A stretch of DNA of 64,000 bases from Vicugna vicugna (taxonomy: Eukaryota), in contig MU058059.1 in NCBI GenBank assembly GCA_013265495.1, forward strand, positions 1,364,001 through 1,428,000. The letters are read 5' to 3'. The position numbers and the translations under genes were made by a program. Position 1 is the first letter of the stretch, and each line of letters opens with the position of its first letter. The notes under the pieces are model-generated. The model was not told where the DNA came from. It made no database searches and saw only the letters and a program-made list of their open reading frames with translations. This document shows positions 26,071 to 36,810 of this stretch, piece after piece.

Positions 26071-26951
26071 CACATGACAAAATGCTCAATATCACTAATT
26101 ATCAGAGAAATGCAAATCAAAACTACATTGAGGTATCACCTCACACCAGTCAGAATGGCCGTCATTCAAAAATCCACAAATGACAAATTCTGGAGAGGTT
26201 GTGGAGAAAAGGGAACCCTCCTGCACTGCTGGTGGGAATGCAGTTTGGTGCAGCCACTGTGGAAAACAGTATGGAGATTCCTCAAAAGACTAGGAACAGA
26301 CTTACCATATGACCCAGGAATTCTGCTCCTGGGCATATATCCAGAAGGAACCCTACTTCAGGATGACACCTGCACCCCAATGTTCATAGCAGCATTATTT
26401 ACAATAGCCAAGACATGGAAACAGCCTAAATGTCCATCAACAGATGACTGAATAAAGAATAGGTGGTATATTTATACAATGGAATACTACTCAGCCATAA
26501 AAACCAACAACATAATGCCATTTGCAGCAACATGGACGTCCCTGGAGAATGTCATTCTAAGTGAAATAAGCCAGAAAGAGAAAGAAAAATATCATATGAG
26601 ATTGCTCATATGTGAAATCTTAAAAAAAACAACAACAACAAAAAAACAAAGCATAAATACAAAACAGAAATAGGCTCACAGACATAGAATACAAACTTGT
26701 GGTTGCCAAGGGGGCTGGGGGTGGGAAGAGATAGACTGGGATTTCAAAATTGTGGAATAGATAAACAAGATTATACTGTATAGCACAGGGAAATATATAC
26801 AAGATTTTATGGTAGCTCATAGAGAAAAAATGTGACAATGAATATATATATGTTCATGTATAGCTGAAAAATTGTGCTCTCCACTGGAATTTGACACAAC
26901 ATTGTAAAATAATTATAAATCAATAAAAAATGTTAAAAAATAAAATAAAAT
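26071..26951 (+). mobile_element. Young 5'-truncated L1 (ORF2 C-terminus + 3'UTR + A-rich tail), camelid-type
   Basis: [30 protein letters not shown]...[20 protein letters not shown]...[23 protein letters not shown] = L1 ORF2p C-terminus. aataaa plus (taaaa)n tail. 17-bp TSD aaaaattctcgtctctt (26054-26070) / aaaaattctcacctctt (26952-26968) at a TT/AAAA site. Confidence 0.97.
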
Positions 26952-27292
26952 AAAAATTCTCACCTCTTGGACATATAAGAAGCAAACTAATGATAACCTG
27001 TATAATGGCAAGGGTGCGTGTGTGTGTGATATCCTCAACAGACAGCACCAGCAATACACACTGAAGAACAATACTTTCATCTTCGACAGCTATGTAAAAC
27101 TTAGACTACAGTAATAGAAATAACATGAAAATAAAACCCAGAGATAGTATTAAAAAAATTTGCCCAGTTAATTGCAAGAGGATTTAAATAAATTTTTACA
27201 TTATATACACAGCCACAGGAGTAAACTGACTAACTTGGTAAATGACATTCAGAATGTGATGACCTAGAGTGAATTAAAAATGGATTTGGTTG

Positions 27293-27463
27293 GTTATCTG
27301 CAAACTTATGGCAAAAAAGAATATGAAAACGAGTATATGTATATGTATGTTCATGTGTGACTGAAGCATTGTGCTGCACACCAGAGATTGACATAACACT
27401 ACAAACTGACTACACTTCAATAAAAAAAAAAATACACACACACACACACACACACAGATTTAA
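27293..27463 (+). mobile_element. Very short L1 3'-end insertion with (AC)n in its tail
   Basis: L1 3'UTR end (gttcatgtgtgactgaagcattgtgctgcacaccagagattgacataacactacaaactgactacacttcaataaaa). Perfect 17-bp TSD aaaaatggatttggttg at 27276-27292 and 27464-27480. Confidence 0.93.
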
Positions 27464-28102
27464 AAAAATGGATTTGGTTGTTTCAAAAGAAATCAATGTA
27501 TTAATTGAAAACAGAAACAGTTAATAAGTAATTATTACCACAAAGCTAAACTCGGCAAAGACAGACTGTCCCTAGAAGTGACAGAAGCAGGACAGAGAAG
27601 TGCCCAGTGCCCACGAGAGATGACCTATCACCCTTGACCTCCGCCCTCCAACGACTGCCTCACAGGAAACACTAATCCACCGAGAAGCTCGTCCCTGTTT
27701 CTTGAACACAACATAGTATTTGTTTAATTAAGAAAAGCTGTCTACCTGCACTTCTTTTCATAGGTAAGTCGGAATGTATTTACCTGATGGTCTAAATGCC
27801 TTATAAATTCTATTTAAAAATGCAAGTTCAAGGAATACCCAGTTCTCTAATTTTTGTCTTTTCCATTCTAGAAAGAAGCCAACCACAGGCATTCCTCGCC
27901 TTTTATTTTTCTTTTCTGGGACAGGGGAATTACCAGGCTTTGGAGGACGTTCCTCTTGCCCACAGGAGCCCCACCCCATCACAAGGCCAGGGCCAGAAGT
28001 CACAGCCCAGTCACAGAGCCATCACTGGGGCAGCCCCAGGAACTGTGAGGTCCAGGGGTAGAAAGTCCTGGGCCTCCTGGTCCCCAGAATGTCTCATTCT
28101 TC

Positions 28103-28861
28103 ATCAGAAAGACCACAAATAACAAATGTTGGCAAGGATGTGGAGAAAAGGGAGCCCTTGTATAATGCTGGTGGGAATGTAAATTGTGCAGCCAGTGCAG
28201 GAAACAGCACAGTGGTTCCTCAGTAAACTAAAAAGAGGACTACCCTATGACCCAGCAATTCCGCTCCTGGGTGTATATCCCCCCAAAATGAAAACACTAA
28301 TTCAAAAAGATACATGCACCCCAATGTTCAGAGCAGTATTATGTACAACTGCCAAGATACGGAAGCAACCTGAGTGTCCATCATCAGATGACTGGCTAAA
28401 GAAGATGTGGTGGACACCTACTCAGCCACAAAAAAGAATGAAATTTTGCCATTTGCAGCAGCATGGATGGACTTGGAGGGCATTAAGCTATGTGAAGTCA
28501 GGCAGGCAGAGAAAGATAGATACTGTAATGATATCACGTACATGTGAAATGTAAAACAAAAACAAAAACAACTAGTGAATATAACAAAAAATAAGCAGAT
28601 TCACAGACAGAGCTCAAACTAGCGGTGACCAGTGCGGAGAGAGGAGAGCGGGGCCGGGTGGGGCAGGGGAGGAAGTGGCACACGCTTCTGGATCTGAAAA
28701 GGCTACAAGGAGACACTGTACAACCCGGGGAATACACCAGTATTTCCAATAACTATACATGAAGGAGAACCTTTAAAACCTGTGAGTCACTCTGCTGTAC
28801 ACCTGTAACTTATAACTGTGCATCAACTGTATCTTAATTAAAAAAGTAAAAAAAAATTTTA
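28103..28861 (+). mobile_element. Older 5'-truncated L1 (ORF2 C-terminus + 3'UTR)
   Basis: WFLSKLKRGLPYDPAIPLLGVYPPKMKTLIQKDTCTPMF; 3'UTR ending ctgtacacctgtaacttataactgtgcatcaactgtatcttaattaaaaaag. Degenerate TSD aatgtctcattcttc (28088-28102) / aaagtcccatttttc (28862-28876). Confidence 0.93.
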
Positions 28862-29099
28862 AAAGTCCCATTTTTCTCCCCATCGCCTGTATTCAGTATC
28901 TCATGTTTTCCCAAGCTTCATAGAACGCCTTTAAAAAAAAAACCTCTTTATTTTTACATTCTTCTAGTTTCTTCAGAAATTCTGAGGCCAACCATAAAAG
29001 GCCACTTGGTGGAGAAAATCATGTCACATATTCATAGTTGGACACTATCAACAAGAACGGCAGTCAGTCCCACGGGCACCACGCTGGGTGAGGAAAGCT

Positions 29100-29650
29100 C
29101 AATGCCTTTCTTTTTTCACAGATAGTGCGTCATATTTTGTAAGTGTCACTGTGACATTTATACATAAAACATACTCAGGCACACTACTGGGAGGTTCGTC
29201 ATTCCTTCGTGCAGTGACACTTGCTCTGATTGGCTCAGCTGTTCTAGGCACTGGTTTCCAGAACAGCACCCACCTGGTCCACAAGGACTTCTGTCTGGAT
29301 CTGTTGCTCAAACAAGTGTTTTCTTGCTTCACATGCAACATGGTTTATCCTTTCCTCTTTATGCCTGTCTGTGTATTTGTTTTATATATTTGTGTATTTG
29401 TACAAATCTGATGTCAATTCTGTTCGGTTTTAACTTACATGTCCTTTAACTTGATCACCAGCGGGAATAATTTATCCACACATGATTTTAGCAACTGATG
29501 GGGACAGAAGCAGCAGTAAGGACGTAGACACTTACTCACACGTATTTTTCCTTGCAAGCATTATCCTCTCCACACTATTGTTAAATATATTTATAACATA
29601 TTTGCAACACGACTTAACACTTATTATTTTTAATTCTATCACAGAACCAT
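29100..29650 (-). mobile_element. Ancient L1M fragment (reverse, ORF2 5' region)
   Basis: T-rich ttcttgcttcacatgcaacatggtttatcctttcctctttatgcctgtctgtgtatttg resembles the reverse complement of the L1 EN start. Confidence 0.45.
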
Positions 29651-30051
29651 CTCATCTCCAAATCAGTAAGACACAGAGAAAAAGAAATAGGGGCAAAGTG
29701 AAAACCGGAGGGGAAGGGCACGTGGCTCTGGAATCCCTCTAGAAGCAAGCACGATGGGGCAGCTGTGTGGAGAGGGTGCAGGCGTGGGGAGGGGTTCGGG
29801 GGGTGCGTGCTGGGGGAATGTGTGTGTGCAGAACAGAGTCAGAGAGCAGAGATCAGGGAAGTGAGCTGGTCTGGGCCAGAAGGCGGGGCGGGCAGGCAGC
29901 GGGAAGGTCAAGGAGAGGCCTTGGAAACAGAGAAGGATGCTGGGGGCGCATCCAGCTCCAGGAGAGCTGACTGCGATGCTTCCTACAGCTACTCATATGC
30001 ATCATGTTTTAGTTCATCCCTGAAATAATTCAAATAAGAAAAAAATTTTAC

Positions 30052-30154
30052 CTGTGATGTCCTGAATACCGCGGACCCCGGATGTGGCCTATTCCTCGGC
30101 ACCCCGGAGTAGGACACACAGCTTGACCTGGAAGGATTTTCACATCATTTGCTC
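30052..30154 (-). CDS. L3MBTL4: L3MBTL4 internal coding exon (103 nt): N-terminal part of the CCHHC zinc finger
   Basis: ...ttcctgaag|GA GCA AAT...CAT CAC AG|gtaaaa. Joins the previous exon in frame (C+GA=Arg): RANDVKILPGQAVCPTPGCRGIGHIRGPRYSGHH. Phase 1 to 2. Confidence 0.96.
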
Positions 30155-30660
30155 CTTCAGGAAGTAAAAGAACATACCTTGAAACACCCTCAGTCAAGAA
30201 GAACTGGAAAGACTAGACTAAACTATGTAAACGATCCTTAACAAGACTTTACCAATCGAAACAAACCATCACCCAAAACACTTCTCAGGTACTTGTGTAG
30301 TTTTATAAAAGTTTTGTAAAATGACTTAGCAGAGACCATCAGGGCTGGAATAGGTAACGTGACAGCCACTACCATCAGAGGCGGAGCAGCAGGAGGGGGC
30401 GTCAAAGGAGAAACAGACGGGAGCATCGCTGTCTCTGCCGGAGAGGAACACTGGCCCAGGCCATGCAGTCGTGAGCCGAGAACGTGGGCGGGTGGTCCTG
30501 GGCTGTGCTTCCCCAGCAAACACCCCCCAACCACAGCAAGGCCCCCACCAAAGGCTGGGCAGACAGAGAACTGGCAAATAGGGCACCCCAAAGACATGAC
30601 CGTAGCCCCACCTGGGCTGCTCAAGTGTGTCAGAACGGCTGAGGGTGCGCTGCTGCACTC

Positions 30661-30845
30661 GTGCTGTACAGTGCTGTGTGACACACGACGCGCGGACCAC
30701 GCCACACGGCACCACGGCGTACGCACTGCACTGCACTACGTATCATATATGTGCTGTACGGTGCTACGCTGTGTGACACATGATGTGTGGACCACGCCAC
30801 ACGGCACCACAGCATATACGCTGTACTGTTCTGTATCACACTATT
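30661..30845. repeat. Tandem duplication, unit about 90 bp, 2 copies
   Basis: gtgctgtac...gctgtgtgacaca..ga.g.g.ggaccacgccacacggcaccac starts at 30661 and again at 30751. Confidence 0.9.
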
Positions 30846-30944
30846 GCACACTATACACACTCTGCTTTATACACTATAACACACAGTGCTGTGTTACACT
30901 GCCCTTCACACACTCAGGATACTCCACCATACCGCACTGTGCTG

Positions 30945-31001
30945 TCTGTTCTGGACTATGTTATCTATTCTAGATTATACCATCTGTTCTAGATTAGACC
31001 A
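30945..31001. repeat. 19-bp minisatellite, 3 copies
   Basis: tctgttctggactatgtta / tctattctagattatacca / tctgttctagattagacca. Confidence 0.85.
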
Positions 31002-32269
31002 TACAACAGACCAGAGCCGCAGATCAGACAAGAGCCGAAGCCCAAGAGACAACCTAAAGATGGCCAGGACTGAAACCCCCCGCTCCACTGTGTGACGTTT
31101 CTGTCTGGCCCCCCCCGCCCCCTGGCTCTCTGACTTCCGTCTCCTGCTCAAGCCCTCTGCCCTCGTCCTTGTCCACGCTCTCCCGGCCCCCAGCTCTGAC
31201 TGGATTTGCCCACCGGGCGATGACAGTGTCCCCTGCAGCTTCTTCAGGAGCAAATGCTCCTTTTCTCCTACCCTGTGGGCCTCAGGACTGGCGAGAAGTC
31301 AGCGCCCTCTTCTTGCACCTTTTCTAGACTGTACCCTTCCTACTCCTCTAAGACGCCTGTTCCTTGAGAAGTCCCTGGGGCTCCATCACCACGGGCCCCT
31401 CCTTGCTCTCGCTCCCCGGCCTCTGTCACCCCAAGTCGCCAGCCCCTGTGCTCTGCCCCAGCAAGTCACCAAGGCAGCCCCAGTACCCATGTGGTTGTCC
31501 TGCACCATATGCCGCTCTCACAGGTCATTAACCAGCTCATCCCCAATGGCCTCCTCCCTGAATCCATCTGAGCCACACGCACAAAGAAGACCCTCTGGAC
31601 CTTGTCGTCACCCCAAATGGCACCGCTTCCAGAGTCACGAAGCAAACAGCCCATCTGGCCACAAAATTACACCGTAGTCAGACTCCTTCCCAGGATCCAA
31701 CTGCTGCTGCTGCTTCAACATCACGGGAATTCCCAGGCCACCGACTTCCTTTCTTTTTCCATCATCGGTCCACTCTCTCCCAACTCCCTTCCCTTGTCTA
31801 AAATTCTACCAGTATTTCACCCTTTATTGCAAATAACATAACTCCCTGCCTCTCTGACCTTTCATCACACCTGCTTGTGGGAAAAAAAAGCCAAATCATG
31901 GGAGAAAGCACACATCAACTGTATTACCCTGATGCTCTGTGTTCTGTGTGACTAACTTCTGGGGAAAATTACACAGCAGTGCAGATCAGGTGTTACCAAA
32001 CGACTGTCTTCAGTGTCGCCTGAGTCCTCTGCACGCCCCAGACCCCCACTGCCCTCCAGCCTCTGGACTCCAGTGGCCGGCTCGCCGGCTGGCTCACTGA
32101 GAAAACAGAGGCCTGCTCGTCTGTGCCTCCAATACCCCTCTTCCGCCCCAAAGCGGGGAGCACCCTGGCCTCTCCACAGAAACCCCCTGAGCACCGAGGC
32201 TCAGATCTCAGCTACCTCCCATCCTCCAGGAGCTTCAGGCCCTCAAATGCTCGGATTGCTCCCTGACTA

Positions 32270-33575
32270 CTGAATCCTTTCCACCAACATTTAGACCTAC
32301 TCCAGTTTCCCTCAACAGAAAAAGAAACAAAGACAAAACAACAGAAACCAAATGCTGGAACTCTACCTGGAAGCCACACCCCCCTTTAGCTGCTGTTCAC
32401 TGTCCCCTTGGCGGCCAGAGCTCTCAGGATGACATCCCCACGTGCTCCAGGCCACTTCTCCAACCACACACATCCGCCAACCTTCTGAGGCCACTGCGGC
32501 CTCTCTGCCTCAGCCCAGCACGCACTGCTTGAGAGCACACCACCCGCAGTGCCCTGGTGCCAGACTGACTACAGCTGGCTGTCTCCACCCTGAACTGCTA
32601 CTGTCCCCGGGCCTTGGGGACATCGCGCTCTGGCCTTCTGTATACGGGCATCCTCTTCTTTGCCAGGTGTTCACCCTTCAGTGAACTGACAATGTCAGAG
32701 AACCCCAAGGTTCGTTTCTGGGACATCCATCTCTTCATCAACCAACTGTATACACAGATGCTCCGAGGCTACAGCCCAGGCAGCTCTGAGTTCTAGACCA
32801 GCGCATCCAGCTTTCATTCAGCATCTCCACTGGGATCTCTTAAAGGCAGTTCAAACTCGACATGTTTGAAACTGAAGTTGTCACCTTGTCCCCCAAGCTT
32901 CTTCTCTCCTGGGCCGTTCATCTCAGTAAGTCACATTAATCCTTGACGTCTCCTCACCCTCATTTCACTCCACCTCAACGTCCCACCAGCTCTCCACCTC
33001 ATACACTGATCTCACCTGTCAACGTATCTCCATCACTCCTGCGTGGCCTCATCTAAGCCACCACCGTCGCCCCCTTGGAGGACTGAGAACCATCCCTCAT
33101 TCAGCCCGACTCCCTGTCTTGCAACCAGAGGGACATAAACTCAAAAACACGTCACCACACACTCTCCTGTCAGCACCTCTCAGTGGCTTCTCACTGCTCC
33201 AGAGATTCGGTCCCAAATCCTGAGCCTGGCCCACCCGGCCCGACTCCTGTCTCCTCTCCAGGCACGTCTTGCTTGATTTTTCTCCTCATCCAGCTCCCCG
33301 CTGCAATGAGCTTCCCGCCTCTCAGCCCGGACAACTCCTCCTTTCCTTCCGGGTCACTGCGTGTATTTCACTTCCTCAGGTTAACTTCCAAGAGTTGGTT
33401 AGGTCCCCGTTTTTCATATTATTTACTTCAACTACAAATTACATGCTGATGTGTTTGGTGCGCGTCTCTCTCTCCCTCATTAGAGCTGTGAGCGGCAAGC
33501 CTGAGTGGATTCCAGCCCTGAGTCACCGCTCCCTGGCCTGACACGCAGCTGGCGCTCGGAAACGCTTACTGGCCC
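32270..33575 (+). mobile_element. Long L2 LINE fragment (probably extends upstream to about 31400)
   Basis: catctccactgggatctcttaaaggcagttcaaactcgacatgtttgaaactgaa; cctctcagtggcttctcactgctccag; 3' end cctggcctgacacgcagctggcgctcggaaacgctt. Confidence 0.8.
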
Positions 33576-34719
33576 ACCAGACGAGTGCCCCACCCTCTCC
33601 CCCGAGGTGCTCAGAGTCTAGGAAGGAGGCTTACATGTAAACCGGAAATTCGCATACCAGTGTGATTCTGTTGCAAAAACCTACTGATGGGGGCTGGGTC
33701 CCAGTGCATTGTGATGGTGGAACAAATATTTATGCCTCAAGTACATTTTCATTAAACTCATTGAGCAATAAGAAGCTATGTCTTAGACACTTACTACACC
33801 CTCACAACTTTGCAAAACACCTTCAGGGATAAATAAAAATAAGACCTGCCCTACCCAAAGGCAGCTTTTGGAAAGGGCATTGAAAAAGAAAATGATTTTT
33901 AAACATACCTGCAAATTAATGTTTAAAAACTGTCAACAAGTTCTAATTCAGAACTATGTTTGTGCCAGTCAGTTAAAAAAAAAAATAAGAATTTACGAGA
34001 AAAAGGAGAAACAAGGGTATGAACAGGCTCTTCTCCAAACTGTGCCTCACAATACGTTTCCTAGGCCACCAGCACAAAGGCCTGGAACCTTGGAACACAA
34101 ACCAACCCACAGGCCAGCTCCCTCCGCCGGCCGCCCAGACGCGGCTCCGGGCGGACAGCAGCCCAGCGGCTTCCCAGTGGGTGCTTCTGAGGGTGTGCTT
34201 CAGGACTGTCTTGATGCGCGTGGCTCAATTAAGATTTGAAGCGACATTTTAAATATTTATCAATTCTCTCCTCGTTAGACCCATCAGGAGAGGCACCACC
34301 TCAATTCTCGGGAGAAGAGTTGTCACGTTAAGAACCGCGGCAAGGACGCAACAAAAAAGGACTCAAGAAGAACATGTGATAAAAACGCCACAGAATCTCA
34401 CAATTTTCTTGGTAAATTTTGTAGGATGGAGTTTAATGGGCTGACCCAACGGTGATTCAGACAGAGAACTATCTGCTGGGAAGAAGAAATTTCTAAATTC
34501 TATAATGGTTCAGATTACTGCCTCTAGGATAAAGGGAACCTATGATAAAATTGATGTTTTTCCCCAAAAAACAACTGCATTTTCGCCAAGAATACCTGAC
34601 TTGTAACTTGTGTATTTGGAGAATTAGGACTCAAGAATAAACGTTCTCTACTCAAAATTACTTCTACAGGGACCGTCTCCGCCCACGCTACCCTTCCGTG
34701 CCTTCTGTTCACCACTTCA

Positions 34720-34866
34720 CTAGTTGACCTGCCTCCTGTCTGTCGGCTGAGAACAGTGAGTGAGGACGTCTGCCTCGTCCGGGTGTCCACCACAGCGTCC
34801 AGCCTCTGCTACAGGAGCCACCAGCACACAGTAGATGCTGAGTAAGTGTGTTTTCTGAATGAATAA
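34720..34866 (+). mobile_element. L2 3' end
   Basis: cagcacacagtagatgctgagtaagtgtgttttctgaatgaataaa. Confidence 0.7.
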
Positions 34867-35269
34867 ACAACCAGAAAGACAAGAAGCACTAACACCTCTA
34901 AGCATTGTTTTGGTACATCCTGACCACGATGCTGTGAGATAATCTCATTTTATCTCATGTCGGAGCTCAGACTGGGCAAAGTCAAGTCTGCTGAGCCCAT
35001 GAGCCACTTGCCACACCAGCAGCACAAGTAGCTCCTGATTTATTCCAAGTCTTCCAGGACAATTTCACTGGGGCAGGAGTAAATCTAGTGGCAGAGATCT
35101 TTCTGCGAGGCCAAAAATGACATGGAAAATACCTTTGTAAATTGGAAATTACCTGAGCAACGAACGATGTTTATGCCACCATGAAACTATAGCAAGCTGT
35201 CCTCATGGACCCCCTTCTCAAGAACTCCACGGGCACCATCAGCTGCCAGGGCAGACGCTGCAGGTGCCC

Positions 35270-35730
35270 ACCCAGTACCCATCCCCGGATGCCTTCTTGC
35301 CAATGAGCCCGGATTCGGTTGTGGGCAGCAACGTGCCCAGCGGAAACCGTTGGCTTTCCCAGCCTCTCTCACACCCAGATGTGGCCGTTCGATGCCGTCC
35401 CAGACCATACGACCTAAGGGAGAGGCAATGAAAGGACGCCCAGAATGCTTTTCTCGCCTATTTTCAGGTGGCGCCGGTGCCGCTTTGCCCATTTCCCCTC
35501 TTTGATCTTCACGGGACGTGGGTATGAGGGCTCCTGAGGCGACAAGCCCAAGGACAGAAGCAGCAGCGTTGACGAGGGCAGAGAATAAAGGAAGACGGGG
35601 CTGGGACCTGGGACACGCCAGGGAGGACCGACCACAGCGGTGTCTGCCGTGGAGGAAAAATAACCCTCTGCTTGATGAAGCCGTTGTAAGCAGATCTTCA
35701 TGTTACTTGCAGCTGAAGAATCCCTCGAGC
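35270..35730 (+). mobile_element. ERVL-MaLR/LTR16-type solo LTR (MLT1-like)
   Basis: 3' end gaaaaataaccctctgcttgatgaagccgttgtaagcagatcttcatgttacttgcagctgaagaatccct matches the recalled old MLT1 terminus. Confidence 0.6.
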
Positions 35731-36334
35731 AAAACAGCAGTTTTATTGTGTGTTTCCTCTGGGGAATCGAGCAGTTGGTCTAAAACAAAAACTAGAGTTG
35801 ATGGGAAAAATTAAATAAAAGAGACTGCACTCACCTCAAGAAGACGAGAAAGGAAACCGTCCCTTATTTCAAAATGACCCAAACTGGCGACCGTGAGGGA
35901 TGGGAATGAAAAGGCTCATTATCCCACCCAGAGCGGGTCAGAGGCTGAGCTCATCTCCCTCCCTCTGAGTTGGAGGCAGTCTCCTGTGCAGTTGTTCTTT
36001 TATTTGGTACAGAGGTGACCCGGAGCAGGATGATAACACGGACACTGAAGCAAATTAAGATGATCTATTCATTTAAACACAGACTGGCGCTGGCCAGCAT
36101 CAAAAGTAAGGGCCAGGCAGCAGCATCCTTATCAGCACTAACTACCCACTGCTGAAAAGGGATTCAATTCAACCTGCTTCATTTAGCAAGTGTTTACAGA
36201 GAAATGACATTAGCATGGTGGGAAATCCACTCAAAGATGCACAGGAAAGTAAAACAGATTCAAATGTCACTGATAACAGACAAGTACGACACTTTATTTC
36301 TCCTTAATTCTGAAATAAAAATAACCACTGCGGG

Positions 36335-36810
36335 TTATTCATTCACTTAAAGAGATACCCAGTGGCTGTTACGTGCCAGACCGTGCTCCGGGTGCCAGAG
36401 ATACGGCAGCAAACTAAATAGAAAGACCTGTGCCTTTGAGCAGCCCCTCTGGGGCCCAAGACAGAGTAAACAACAAATACAAACTATGTGACAGTCAGAC
36501 AGTGACAGTGCTGGGGCGAGGGAGGGGAAGCGAGGGGGTGGGGGAGCGACGCTGTTTTAAGGCGGAGCCGTCAAGGAAGACGTGCCGATGTTGCAACAGG
36601 ATCTTTTATGGAGTGGAGGCTCGAGGAGTCCTGGGATGACCGCAGGAAGGCCAGCATGGCTGGAACCCCATGGACACTGGAAAGGGTGCAAGAGATGAGG
36701 TCTCAAGGGCCACAGTGAGGGTCTCTCCCTTGGGTGCTGGGTTTGATGGCGGACGCTGTTAAGCACTGAGCAGGGAGGGAACCATTGGGGACATAAGTCA
36801 CTGAAGCCCT
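36335..36810 (-). mobile_element. L2 3' fragment
   Basis: ttattcattcac...gtgccagaccgtgctccgggtgccagagatacggcagcaaac...ggaaggccagcatggctggaac. Confidence 0.75.

Noticed and set aside
30359..30973. 204-aa Cys/His/Thr-rich ORF
   Set aside because: Composition comes from the tandem duplication and low-complexity CA/TG sequence; not a zinc finger.
30945..31001. Short direct repeats as a CRISPR-like array
   Set aside because: Head-to-tail with no spacers, in mammalian DNA; an ordinary minisatellite.
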